Of a stretch of DNA of 64,000 nt, positions 13,189 to 25,052 are shown in pieces. Under the pieces are notes generated by a model. That model was not told where the DNA came from and did not search any database. It worked only from the letters and a program-made list of their open reading frames with translations. The position numbers and the translations under genes were made by a program. This DNA comes from Octopus sinensis. Its lineage: Eukaryota. The DNA lies in the NCBI RefSeq assembly GCF_006345805.1, contig NC_043002.1, positions 98,456,001 through 98,520,000 of the forward strand, read 5' to 3'. The first letter of the stretch is position 1; every line of letters begins with the position of its first letter.

Positions 13189-13324
13189 ATAAGTTAGTAC
13201 TTGTTTGTGATGCTATGAATCTGTTTGAAGATTGTGATTTAAAAATGAAAATGGCTGATTCTTATGTTTTAAACTCTGCATGTATATGTAATTATGGCTG
13301 TGTATATGGAAATATCCACCTGTA

Positions 13325-13487
13325 GATATCTTGTGTGTAAAAATACAGGTGGATATCTTGTGTGTAAAAATACAGGTGGATATCTTGTGTGTAAAAATAC
13401 AGGTGGATATCTTGTGTGTAGAAATACAGGTGGATATCTTGTGTGTAGAAATACAGGTGGATATCTTGTGTATAGAAATACAGGTGT
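13325..13487. repeat. 27-bp minisatellite, ~6 copies
   Basis: Unit gatatcttgtgtgta(a/g)aaatacaggtg. Confidence 0.95.
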
Positions 13488-13526
13488 GTGTCTTATGTGT
13501 ATAAGTTCATGTGACTATACAAAGAC

Positions 13527-13643
13527 TTAATTCTTCTTCTTGTTGTGCGGTCCATTGTTCGCAGCAAGCTTCTTCCAGTATGGGTGGTCATCTGCTTGTT
13601 CTTCCTGCTCCTGTTCAGCAAGTCTTGTGTATTTAAATGTTTT
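13527..13643 (-). CDS. Candidate terminal coding exon or pseudogene fragment (KTFKYTRLAEQEQEEQADDHPYWKKLAANNGPHNKKKN*)
   Basis: Minus strand tgtattttctacag followed by 38 protein-like codons and TAA in unique, more GC-rich sequence. No homolog recognised. Confidence 0.3.
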   Translation of the reverse strand, partial: KTFKYTRLAEQEQEEQADDHPYWKKLAANNGPHNKKKN

Positions 13644-15579
13644 CTGTAGAAAATACAGTACCAAGTGTTTTGAGGCTTTCCCTGCTTTTCATTTTCCTTT
13701 TTCTTTTGCAGTCTTTGCATGATGAGTGGATTGGATTGTCATTGAATAATGTAGTACTAAATGCATCAACTGTATCTATATGAAAGAATATAGAGCAGTC
13801 ACAACTGAAATACTGTTGATCATAGATCTACTTACTCAGGGTTAATGGATCTAAACAACATCATACGATTTTTCTCCCTCTCTCACAGACACACGTTTTT
13901 TTTCCAACTGAAACTAGAGACCAGTGAATAAGGAAATAGACAATAGCAGGTGGAAATGGGTAACTATGGTAGGAAGACAAGAAGGTGAAAATTCTTAAGA
14001 TGGCTGCAGATGGTTTAGATCAAAATATTTTATGCTCTTGACAGTTCTACATTGAAGTAGAACTCTTAATAGCAAAACTCCAGTACTTAAGTTCAGAATT
14101 TGAAGGGTTGGCATCTGAAGGTTAAGTTTTTACATCCCATAGCAAATGATGAGTATATAGCTTGAGATTTTGTGATTATGGTGATGTAAGGAAATACTGT
14201 TGAACTTTTGGACGTAATTGTTACTGCCAAGTTGGTTATTATGAGTCTAATTATGTTGACAAGAAACAATTGCTCTCCTTTTTTTTTTACCACATCTGCT
14301 CTAATTAATATCTCAGCTGCCTTCCTGTTAGTATTACCAGATGTTAATGACAACCACTTCATTCACATTTTTTCATATTTTATCTTCTCTCTGCTTTAAA
14401 GAAAGATGATTAGGGTAAAATTACCGCTATTCCAAGCAACTATTATTCAATCTTGTCTCAAGTGGCATAACATTTTATAGAATGGCACTCGCCGAAAATA
14501 TGACCAGAACACACACAGGAACAAGTACATTTGTATTCTGAGTATGCAAATGTATTTTTTCATGACTATTATCATGGTGTACGTGTGTGTGTGTGTGTAC
14601 ATGTGTGTGTTGTATGCATGTTCATTTGTATGTGTGTTTGTGTGACTATAACTCAGTCATCACCAAGAGAAAAGTAATTATTTTCAATGTCATCTTTCCT
14701 TAATTCTTTATAGAATGATGATGACTTCCAAAGTACTTGAAAAAAAAAATCAACATTTGTTCTAATTTTCTCATTTTAATTACACGAATAATTAATAATG
14801 TGCTGTCAATCTGATTTTTCTTACCATAAATGTTTCAATTTTATTATTCCCAAATATAATAGTCTCTAACAGGGTTTTTAACCTGAATTTTTTTATTGTT
14901 GATAAAGTCCCTTTTTTTTGTTTTCTGTAAAGTATTCATACTTCATTGGAATTTATCTTTGCAGATCTATTTGTCTAATAAGTAGATTTAATCATCATTG
15001 TCATCATCATCATTTAGCATTCATTTCTCACAGGAGGGCTTCACGAGGCTCCAGTTCTCTATTTTGGCATTGTTTAACAGCTGAATGCCTTTTCTAATGC
15101 CAATCACTTTCCAGTCTGAGTGAACTTTTTACGTGATACCGGCATAGATGCTTCTTATGTGGCACTAGACTGGGTACTGTTTATACTGCAACTGCATGGA
15201 TGATTTTTTATGTGGCACTAACATGTGCTTTTTTATGTGGTGCCAGCACGGTGACTTTGGTGCTTTACCCAAGTATCAAATGGTGCTTTCTTTCCATTTT
15301 GCTCACCACTACTATAACAACACTGCTCTTCTAAACCCCTACATAAAATCATTGTGAAAGAACTTCTAAGCAGTTACTAGAAATAGCAACCACATCTCTC
15401 TCTAATTACATAAGCTAGCATGTTCAAAGCAGAAGGACATATTGGACAATGTGATCCGAGATGTGCAATGCTTAAAAATTGTGGGATGGTCATGGCTGGT
15501 ATGCCTTGGATTTTAATCTGCTCAATTATTGCTAACTCAATGCTGGTTAACAAGATGCATTCTCTTCTTTCCTTCATTT

Positions 15580-15968
15580 ACTCTTTTACTCTTTTACTTG
15601 TTTCAGTCATTTGACTGTGGCCATGCTGGAGCACCGCCTTTAGTCGAGCAACTCGACCCCAGGATTTATTCTTTTGTAAGCCCAGTACTTATTCTATCGG
15701 TCTCTTTTGCCGAACCGCTAAGTAACGGGGACATAAGCACACCAGCATCGGTTGTCAAGCAATGCTAGGGGGACAAATACAGACACATAAACACACACAC
15801 GCACATATATATATACATATATACGACGGGCTTCTTTCAGTTTCTGTCTACCAAATCCACTCACAAGGCATTGGTTGGCCCAAGGCTATAGCAGAATACA
15901 CTTGCTCAAGGTGCCACGCAGTGGGACTGAACCCGGAACCATGTGGTTGGTAAACAAGCTACTTACCA
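15580..15968 (-). mobile_element. Family-A tRNA-SINE
   Basis: High identity to the other family-A copies. Confidence 0.92.
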
Positions 15969-17049
15969 GGTTTTTTTTTTTTTTTCAATGTCTTGAATTC
16001 TGAGTTCATGTTCTTCAAAACTGCATAACTCTGGAACATTATCACTGCTTATTATTAGCTTCATCTATTACCTTACTAATTCAAATTAAATATCAACTGC
16101 CAGAACCACCCCTTGCTATCCTTATCCCTCAGCTCAGGAAATGCTAAAAGAAGTTAAGCACACATTTCATATGATTAACAACTGAAACATTTATTACTTG
16201 CGTAATTTCTATGGACATTATTATCGTTAATGTGGCAATTGCTAACATGGCTGTTGCAAGCATCATTACACTTCCAGCACCATACTTTTAATGGATGTAT
16301 TTCTCATCATATTTGAATTTAATTGTATTTTCATTATTTCTCTGACCATTTTAAATTAACATGATTCACCGTAAGAACAAATACCAAGTGTGCTTTATAG
16401 AATTTTGTTCACAGCATGGTGCCATAATCAGGTAAACAGATTAGGTACAAAAATACATAAAATTTGTTGCATTTGGAAATGGTGGAGGATTTGTTAAGAT
16501 ATTGGACTAAAAGATTCGAAAGACATGAACTGAAAGCCTGCCAAAATAATTGCATTGTATTCATACCCAAAGTGCATTAAACTCCTTCACTTGCTGTGCA
16601 GAGGTGTTAAAGTAATAAGAAATAATGGGTGAATGGTGGCGAAAGAGAAGCATGGCATAATTCTTGTGGTTAGTGAGAAAGATTATGAAGTTATTATTTT
16701 TAAAAAATATATGCAAATATGCAAAGCTATCCAAATCCACATGATAAAATGGAAGTACAACGTGAAGAAAAATAAATTTTAAAATGGTTAACGACAACTT
16801 GAAAATACTTTGGCATTTTTATGCAAAAAAATTAAATATTTGTAAGACATTTTCACATTTTCTTCAGAAATTTAAATTGTTTCCTCTCATAATTTATTCT
16901 TCCTTTGTTTCTAAAGACTTCTGTCCCCCCCCCCTCTCCCTTTTCATTTCTTGTTTTACTTTTTCCTTTTTCAGTTCTTTTATTATGTTCTTTTCTATTC
17001 TTCATGAAAGTGATGTGTTGCACACATAATTGCTCTCCAAGTGTCCTTA

Positions 17050-17410
17050 ACTTAATCTCTCTCTCTCTCTTTCTATCTCTCTCTCTTTCTATCTCTCTCA
17101 TACACACACTTTAATGATATTCACTCTGTATCAATCTAATAGTAATATCTCTGCCTTTCTCCCATTTTCTCTCACGCCTCCTTTCTCTCTCATACACACA
17201 CTGAAATAGAGAACCCTCTCTTTCTCTCTCTCTATCTAATAGTAACATTTCTCTCTCTCTTTCTCTCTGTCTGTCTGTCTGTCTAATACTAGTATTTCTC
17301 TCTTTCTCTCTCATATGCACTATCGAATTAGTATTTCCTCTCTTTCCCTCTCTATTTATCTGTCTGTCTGTCTATCAGTCTCAACCTCTCTCTCTCTAAT
17401 AGTATTATCT
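17050..17410. repeat. Degenerate repeat: ctaatagta(a/t)tatctct motif alternating with (CT)n
   Basis: About 5-6 recurrences of the motif. Confidence 0.6.
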
Positions 17411-18221
17411 TTGCCTTTTCCCACTAGTTTCTGTCTCACTCCTCATCACAGATTACAAAATCCTTTTAATATTAGCTTGTGCCAGACTCCTAGTTCTAGT
17501 TTTCATATTTAAATTAACATCCTGATCAGAATCTCACAAATTAAATGATGTAAACTTTATATTATATAAAGTTATGGACATTGTACTAAATCCCTCCCAA
17601 ATTTTGACTATTCTGAAAAATTGAAACACATAAGCAATAGCATATTCATTTCTGAATCTGCTTTCTACAGACTCTTTGGTCCATGAAGATACCTTTCTTC
17701 TCAAAAACACCACGTGTGCCCACACACACACCCATGCACACCTGCATGCTCACACACATACGTGCATACATTCACATGTGTGCATGCATGTGCACATCTA
17801 TGCACGTGTGCACGTTCACACACACACTATTAAAATATCAAAGAAATTGGAGAAAGTCAACTTTTGTCCTCACAAATTTGCTCTTATTTTCTGAGAAGTC
17901 CTAGTTACTTTCACTGAGCTAATCTGAAGTATGAATCAGGCAAAGTGAAATGCTCCCGAGTACCCCCATGGGTTTGGCAGCCTGACACTCATAAGATGCT
18001 GAATAAGGTAGTTTTGATTGAACTTCAGTGTCTGATCACCTCATCTCTTCTTTTCCCCCTTCTATGCCTTCTACTCTTTTATTTATCCTTTATTACCAGC
18101 AGCAGCAGCTCTGTTGTTCTGCAATTTACGATATAGCTATACAGCTTCCATTTTACACATACTAATGTGTTTAATCTTGTAGGTTTCTACTACAACATTG
18201 GTCAAGTCCAGTAAATGCCCT

Positions 18222-18590
18222 GAAACACGTAAAAAGCACCATCCGTTCGTTGGCCGCTGCCAGCCTCGACTGGCCTCCGTGCCGGTGGCACGTAAAAAGC
18301 ACCATCTATTCGTGGCCATTGCCAGCCTCGCCTGGCCCCTGTGCCGGTGGCACGTAAAAAGCACCATCCATTCCTGGCCGTCTGCCAGCTACGTCTGGCA
18401 CCTGTGTGGGTGGCACGTAAAAAGCACCCACTACACTCACGGAGTGGTTGGCGTTAGGAAGGGCATCCAGCCGTAGAAACACTGCCAGATCAGACTGGGC
18501 CTGAAGCAGCCTTCTGGCTTCACAGACCCCAGTTGAACCGTCCAACCCATGCTAGCATGGAAAGCAGACGTTAAATGATGATGATGATGT
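18222..18590 (+). mobile_element. Family-D retroposon with tandem ~60-bp units and (GAT)n tail
   Basis: 4x (ggtgg)cacgtaaaaagcacc units, then ggcgttaggaagggcatccagccgtagaaac..gtccaacccatgctagcatggaaagc..gttaaa(tga)n. Confidence 0.85.
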
Positions 18591-18799
18591 TGATGTTCAA
18601 TACTTGTTCAGAGTAATCTAGTATCTTGTTTAATGCTTTAAATTTTTCTGTTCAGATTCTATTGGTGTTAATGTTGCTTTCCCTCCTGTTGTGAACACAA
18701 AAATACCTTGTTATTCAGTTTCAGCCCATCTTCCAACGCCTCTTAGGCTTTAAAAAGGAATTATTGAAAGTTCCTAGCATCATTATTTTGTTAGTTTAA

Positions 18800-19019
18800 C
18801 CCTTCTGTTACCAACCTGGCTGAAACTGGCTCTGGCTCTGAGTACAAATGTCTTGTTTTTATAAGTTTTGAATTGAAATCTTCCACCAAACCCTAGTCAC
18901 AATTTATGTTCCTAACACTAGCTGAATGATAACTAAGTTATTTTATTAAATTCTTTGTTATATTTAAATTAATTGAAAGAAACACAGATCATCTCAACAG
19001 AAATATGGTAACAAAAGGG
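18800..19019. mobile_element. piggyBac-type MITE with TTAA TSD
   Basis: ttaa-cccttctgttacc ... ggtaacaaaaggg-ttaa. Confidence 0.85.
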
Positions 19020-19257
19020 TTAATCAGAAAAAAGGGTAAAACTCATTAACTCTTTACAAGGTGGGCAGAAAGAAGGAAGTAATCTTCAAACCTGAGGCCT
19101 GAACTGAGTTCTTGTAACAGGGTATTGCTATAAAAGCATCCAGAGACCAGGTGATAGTGTTAAACCAGGTGATGGGATTATGGTTACAGCCTACAAAATA
19201 GGAAACAGCCCACATGAGTGACTTTCATATAGTTTCTAATTCTCACAACCAAATACT

Positions 19258-19599
19258 ACTCTTTTACTCTTTTACTTGTTTCAGTCATTTGACTGCGGCC
19301 ATGCTGGAGCACCGCCTTTAGTTGAGCAAATCGACCCCGGGACTTATTCTTTCTAAGCCCAGTACTTATTCTATCGGTCTCTTTTGCCGAACCGCTAAGT
19401 GATGGGGATGTAAACACACCAGCATCGGTTGTCAAGCAATGCTAGGGGGACAAACACAGACACACAAACACACACACATACACATACATATATACATATA
19501 TATATATACATATATACGACAGGCTTCTTTCAGTTTCCGTCTACCAAATCCACTCACAAGGCATTGGTCGGCCTGGGGCTATAGCAGAAGACACTTGCC
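19258..19599 (-). mobile_element. 5'-truncated family-A SINE within an older copy
   Basis: Sequence identity to the family; diverged family-A sequence on both flanks. Confidence 0.9.
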
Positions 19600-20306
19600 A
19601 TAGTGTGATTGAACCCAAGACCATAACAGTTGCTAAACTATGCCTCTATTAGGATTATAAACGCAAAGATTTTCAAACAAGATTTGTTCTCACAGTTCTC
19701 GTGTATCTTATTTGAAATTCTTCAAATATTAACATCTAAGATACAGTTTTCTTTCACTGTTTTAGTTCAGTGATCGCAAAAATAGAAACTTATTCCATTT
19801 TATAATTTTAAGATAAAATGACAAAGAAGTCATTTGTATGGCAATTAGTGTCATAATATTCATGTTCCTCTTAATTCTTATAGGGAAACTTAAATTTACA
19901 AACTTATCTTATCTTTATAACAATACTTAGATTTATGAAAAGATAGCAGAGTTTTGAAATAACTGTCCCTTGAAGTCTTATAGTTCATGAGAAAGGAAAA
20001 GTGTAGTTTTCCTTTCATTCTTCTTAATATTCCTGTGTTTCATACAGTAGTATTGAATCCTTCAATTCATTCATTCAGTGTCTGTTTTACCATGATTGCA
20101 TGGGTTGGCTGGAGACTTATTTGTGGGAGGCTATTACAACTTGAGGCTCTTTCTGTTGTCAACCCTTACTGTAATTTTTTTTTAAGGTCTTCTAAAGTAC
20201 AGTGCAACCAGTTGAAATGTTACCCTGGAATGTAAATGTTATACCACCATTTCACTGAGGTGTTGACAAGCTAAGCAGTGAAATTTCAAAGTGTATGATC
20301 TCATTT

Positions 20307-20350
<44 letters not shown>

Positions 20351-20508
20351 GCATGCACACACACACACACACACATATGCATGCACACACACAGATATAC
20401 ATGCATGCATACACACACACACAAACTAAACTTCATACAGTTTATACCCATCAAATCCACTCTGAAGGCTTTGGTCAATCTGGGGCTTCTGTAGAAGATG
20501 TCCACTGT

Positions 20509-20671
20509 GGCGCAGGAGTGGCTGTGTGGTAAGTAGCTTGCTAACCAACCACATGGTTCCGGGTTCAGTCCCACTGCGTGGCATCTTGGGCAAGTGTCTT
20601 CTGCTATAGCCCCGGGCCGACCAATGCCTTGTGAGTGGATTTGGTAGACGGAAACTGAAAGAAGCCTGTCG

Positions 20672-20706
<35 letters not shown>

Positions 20707-20934
20707 TTGTGTGTCTGTGTTTGTTCCCCTTGCATTGCTTGACAACTGATGCTGGTGTGTTTACGTCCCCGTCAGTTAGCGGTTCGGCAAAAAAAAAAAA
20801 TAAGAGACCGATAGAATAAGTACTGGGCTTACAAAAAGAATAAGTCCCGGGGTCGAGTTGCTTGACTAAAGGCGGTGCTCCAGCATGGCCGCAGTCAAAT
20901 GACTGAAACAAGTAAAAGAGTAAAGAGTAAAGAG
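20509..20934 (+). mobile_element. Family-A tRNA-SINE, full length
   Basis: ggcgcaggagtggctgtgtgg head to gtaaaagagtaaagag tail. Confidence 0.92.
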
Positions 20935-21064
20935 AGTGCTGTGTACTGGGACTGGATCTGATCTACATGATTATTAAGATCATCATCATCATCATCATCA
21001 TACGTCTGTTAAATACCCATCCTAACACCAAAGATGACTATTTTTAATCACACAGCCTTTTCTG

Positions 21065-21109
<45 letters not shown>

Positions 21110-21111
<2 letters not shown>

Positions 21112-21345
21112 GGAGTAAACACATAAATGTGAAACAAGGTGGAAAAAAGAGTACTCAAATACCAGTGGTAGAGTAATATGCTTTTATTTTAAGCAGCAGA
21201 AAATTCAACAAAATCTGTTACTCTGAGTTTCTTGTTGCCGTTCATCAGACAGTTTTTGCTAGCAAAAACTGTCTGATGAACGGCAACGAGAAACTCAGAG
21301 TAACAGATTTTGTTGAATTTTCTGCTGCTTAAAATAAAAGTATAT
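21110..21345. mobile_element. Penelope-like pLTR remnant with 160-bp palindrome, between (TA)n tracts
   Basis: Arms 21181-21260 and 21261-21340 are reverse complements with one mismatch; each contains a hammerhead core. Confidence 0.7.
21269..21306 (+). ncRNA. Minimal hammerhead ribozyme motif (mirror copy on minus strand at 21215-21252)
   Basis: ctgt-CTGATGA-a-cg-gcaa-cg-a-GAAA-ctcagag-TA-acag. Stem I ctgt/acag, short GNRA-capped stem II, near-palindromic stem III, GUA triplet. Confidence 0.7.
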
Positions 21346-22370
21346 ATATATATATATATATATTTAACTGTAAGTTAAATACATAATATTTATGCGCAAC
21401 ATACACATTATGAGTTAAATATATAATATATGAGCAACATATACGCACACATGTGTGAATATGTTCTGATACTATGATTTTTGTGTTCAACATACTCCTT
21501 GTGCTGATGTCTTAATATAACTTAGACGCATACTTTCACACACTCATTCATATAAACACACAATCACTATTATTCACATTTCTTCTATAAATACACACAC
21601 AAACATTCAAGTTATTATGTATATACATGCCAACGCTCATCTATAAATAAACATGTGCATCTATTATACATTATTGTTCACATACAATTATTATATAAAC
21701 TCATTTTTTACATAGGTGTTTGTACAGAATCTTATACATTTATAAGCCTAAAACACACACACTCACACACACACACACACACGCACACACACAATTATAT
21801 CTAAATATATTGCTATCATACATAAGAATGAAAAGAAGGATCTTCAGAGCATGCAAAAGAGGAATTTAATCTCTTCCATATGGTCTGTCAAGTTGCCAAC
21901 ATCTTTACAATTTACTCTTCCCACAGCTCTTCTTGGATTCTGCACCCTTATTAAATTATCCTATTGATAGGATGGCTCATTAGTTAAACAGATTTCAGGT
22001 GTACTTTTACTGTAAAGAACACACACATCCAACCAAATTCTCAGCCAACTCTTGAAGTGTTCAGAGTTTAGTCCCTTGTCATAAATTATATCAGTTTTAC
22101 CATTTTTAATATGGTTCTTCTTCTAAGTTAATTGCTAGCTCATAGATCACATGTTAGTAATTGGACATAATTCTACTTGACTCAGTTGTGCATGTGTAAA
22201 CTCTAAGGGATTTCTTAATGATCTACGACAGTAGTGTGAAATATAAAGGAGAATGGACTTCTTTTCCTAAAAGAGCCAGCAACAATGAAGAATTTCCTTT
22301 ATTGGTTTGAATAAGTAAGAGACTAGACCATCTTGGAAAAGTTCAGCAATGAGAAAAGTCACTGGATGGA

Positions 22371-22754
22371 TGGAAGCACTCCGTTGGTTACGACGATGAG
22401 GGTTCCGGTTGATCCGAATCAACGGAACAGCCTGCTCGTGAAATTAACGTGTAAGTGGCTGAGCACTCCACAGACACGTGCACCCTTAACGTAGTTCTCG
22501 GGGATATTCAGCGTGACACAGAGAGTGACAAGGCCGGCCCCTTGAAATACAGGTACAACAGAAACAGGAAGTAAGAGTGAGAGAAAGTTGTGGTGAAAGA
22601 GTACAGCAGGGATCACCACCATCCCCTGCCGGAGCCTCGTGGAGCTTTTAGGTGTTTTCGCTCAATAAACACTCACAACGCCCGGTCTGGGAATCGAAAC
22701 CACGATCCTATGACCGCGAGTCCGCTGCCCTAACCACTGGGCCATTGCGCCTCC
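22371..22754 (-). mobile_element. tRNA-SINE family B
   Basis: Reverse complement of 7087-7468. Confidence 0.9.
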
Positions 22755-23147
22755 ACGAGATGATTCTTGTCTGCCAGTGATGTAAGTGTGTATGCCTTTG
22801 TGCACCAAACATCTGTGTGAGAGGATCTTTCAGGGTGTTTGCTGCAGTGTTCGGCCTTCTAACAAAGCAACCTCATTGGGTTAGGTGTAAAGATTGCCTT
22901 TATATATAACACATCCATGCACACACACGTTAAGTAACATTTTTAATTTCCTGGTTGATATTTTATTTTTCAGTATCTTTTAGGAAAACATAGACTTTAC
23001 AAATTCTTATTTCTCTTTCTAAAAATGTGTAACTCTTTACCTATATAAAAAATTTATCTGTAATCTTGTTCATGAAGGACCAAATACTATATAATTCAAA
23101 TCTGGTATCTTTTGTACATATTCATTCTCAGTTATAAAAAGGAAAAT

Positions 23148-23508
23148 CATCATCATCATCATCATCATCGTTTAACGTCTGCTTTCCATGCTAGCATGGG
23201 TTGGACGGTTCAACTGGGGTCTGGGAAGCCAGAAGGCTGCACCAGGCTCCGGTCTTATCTGGCAATGTTTCTACAGCTGGATGCCCTTCCTAACGCCAAC
23301 CACTCCGTGAGTGTAGTGGGTGCTTTTTACGTGCCACCTGCACTGGTGCCAGGCGAGGCTGGCATCGGCCACGGTCGGATTGGTGCATTTTACGTGCCAC
23401 CTGCACGGAAGCCAGTCGAGGCGGCACTGGCTTCGGCCACGATTCGGATGGTGCTTTTTACGTGCCACCGACACGGAAGCCAGTCGAGGCAGCGCTGGCA
23501 TCGGCCAT
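23148..23508 (-). mobile_element. Family-D retroposon with 3 tandem units
   Basis: Reverse complement of the 18222-18590 type. Confidence 0.85.
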
Positions 23509-24770
23509 GATAATAATGATCACAAGCATAGGTAAAAGGCCAGGATAATAATCATTTCTAATATAGGTACAAAGCCAGGATAATAATTGTTTCTAACACA
23601 GGTACAAGGCCAGAAATTTGCGGGGAAAGTGTCAGTCAATCACATCAATCCCCTGTACTTACATGGTACTTTATTTCATGGACACAAAGTTGGCTGCGGC
23701 TGGATTTGAGCTCAGAGCATGAAGGGTTGAAAGGAATACTGCTCTAACAATTCTGCCAATGCACAGTACTTAATTGCTTCTAACTCAGGTGCAAGGCCAG
23801 CAATTTTGTGAAGAGAGGACTAATTAATTACACTTAACTTTATTCTTGATTGGTACCTTATTTTATTCATCCTGAACAGGTGGAAATCAAGGTTGACCTT
23901 GGTGAGATTTGAACTTGGCAGTTAAAGAACCAGAAACAAGACCAGGATAATAGTAACAGTAAAGTCTCAGAGCATTGTGATTGGGAATGATGAAAAAAGA
24001 GAAGAGAAAATCTATGTACATGTGTCTTTGAAGATATAACTGTATGAGAAAAAGATGATATAAAAAGTAGAGAGAGAGAGAGAGAAATGATAGACAAGAG
24101 AAACTTAGAAGTCAGAAAGGTTGAGAGGTTGAAAGAATAAGTTGATGGTAAAAAAATAAAAAGGAAAAAGAGAAAAATGATTTCCTACCACTTCAAGAGA
24201 ATGACAGAAAAGTCAAGGAAAGACATCGAAATGTCAGGGAAGTGTAAGAGAAAAAGTGTGGATGAGAGATATACATGACCACAGAAATTGAAAGATGACA
24301 GATATACAATCATATAAGTTGTGTGTGTTTACAGCTGAAGATCCACTTGGATTTCAGATGTTTCGACCTCTCAGAAAGAAAAAGTAAATGTTTTCATGTT
24401 TCTAAGATAAACATACATCTGGTCCTCAGACCATTTTTCTGATGTTGCTCTCCTAGTTTCACTTGAGACTCTGCCTTTATTTACTCTATCTTTCAATGTC
24501 CTTCCTCTCTCATTAATCTGTCATTATGTGTACTATTTCTCCAATATCAATTCATCTCTCAATAATCTCTTAAAAACAGCATTTGTCATGTGATGTATAT
24601 ATATATTTAAATATGTATATATATATATATTTATATATGTATGTATATATATTTGTATATATATATATATATAACGGGAAGCTTTATGAAAATAAACAAA
24701 AGACGAAGGCAGGTGGAATACAAACAAACAATTGTATTAGTATGGCACTCAGGAATATAAATAAAACAAG

Positions 24771-24808
24771 TCTTTTACATTTCGAGCCTACGCTCTTCAA
24801 CAGAAAGA
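24771..24808 (-). ncRNA. Degenerate minimal hammerhead motif in a Penelope-like remnant (~24673-24870)
   Basis: Minus strand: tcttt-CTGTTGA-a-gagc-gtag-gctc-GAAA-tg-TA-aaaga. The core has an A>T change and stem III ACGT reads ATGT. Confidence 0.45.
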
Positions 24809-25052
24809 TACACAGAAAAGAAACAAGGAGAGAAAAAAAATGCGTGCAGAAGCTAGCGAATCAACATATAATAGTGATAAGCCAATTAGAGTGTTTAAGT
24901 GTTGAGTAGAGTGCACTGGCATAGTTTAGGCTACTGTTGTCGTCTGCAGTCACAGTATATTTCCGATGGATCTACTTCGGGAACTCTGCAGTGTCAGTTG
25001 GGGTAATTATATTAAGTAACGAGATGCTGGATTTGGTATTAAAATTTATTCA

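Noticed and set aside
12622-13325. Recurrent ORFs MSSNARGTNTDTQT../..GLNPEPCGWLASYLPHSHS as a gene family
   Set aside because: They are antisense readings of the family-A SINE; the frame changes with microsatellite length.
18225-18430. CRISPR-like regularly spaced 20-bp repeat ggtggcacgtaaaaagcacc
   Set aside because: The spacers are homologous to one another, the array is part of a dispersed retroposon, the context is eukaryotic and there are no cas genes.
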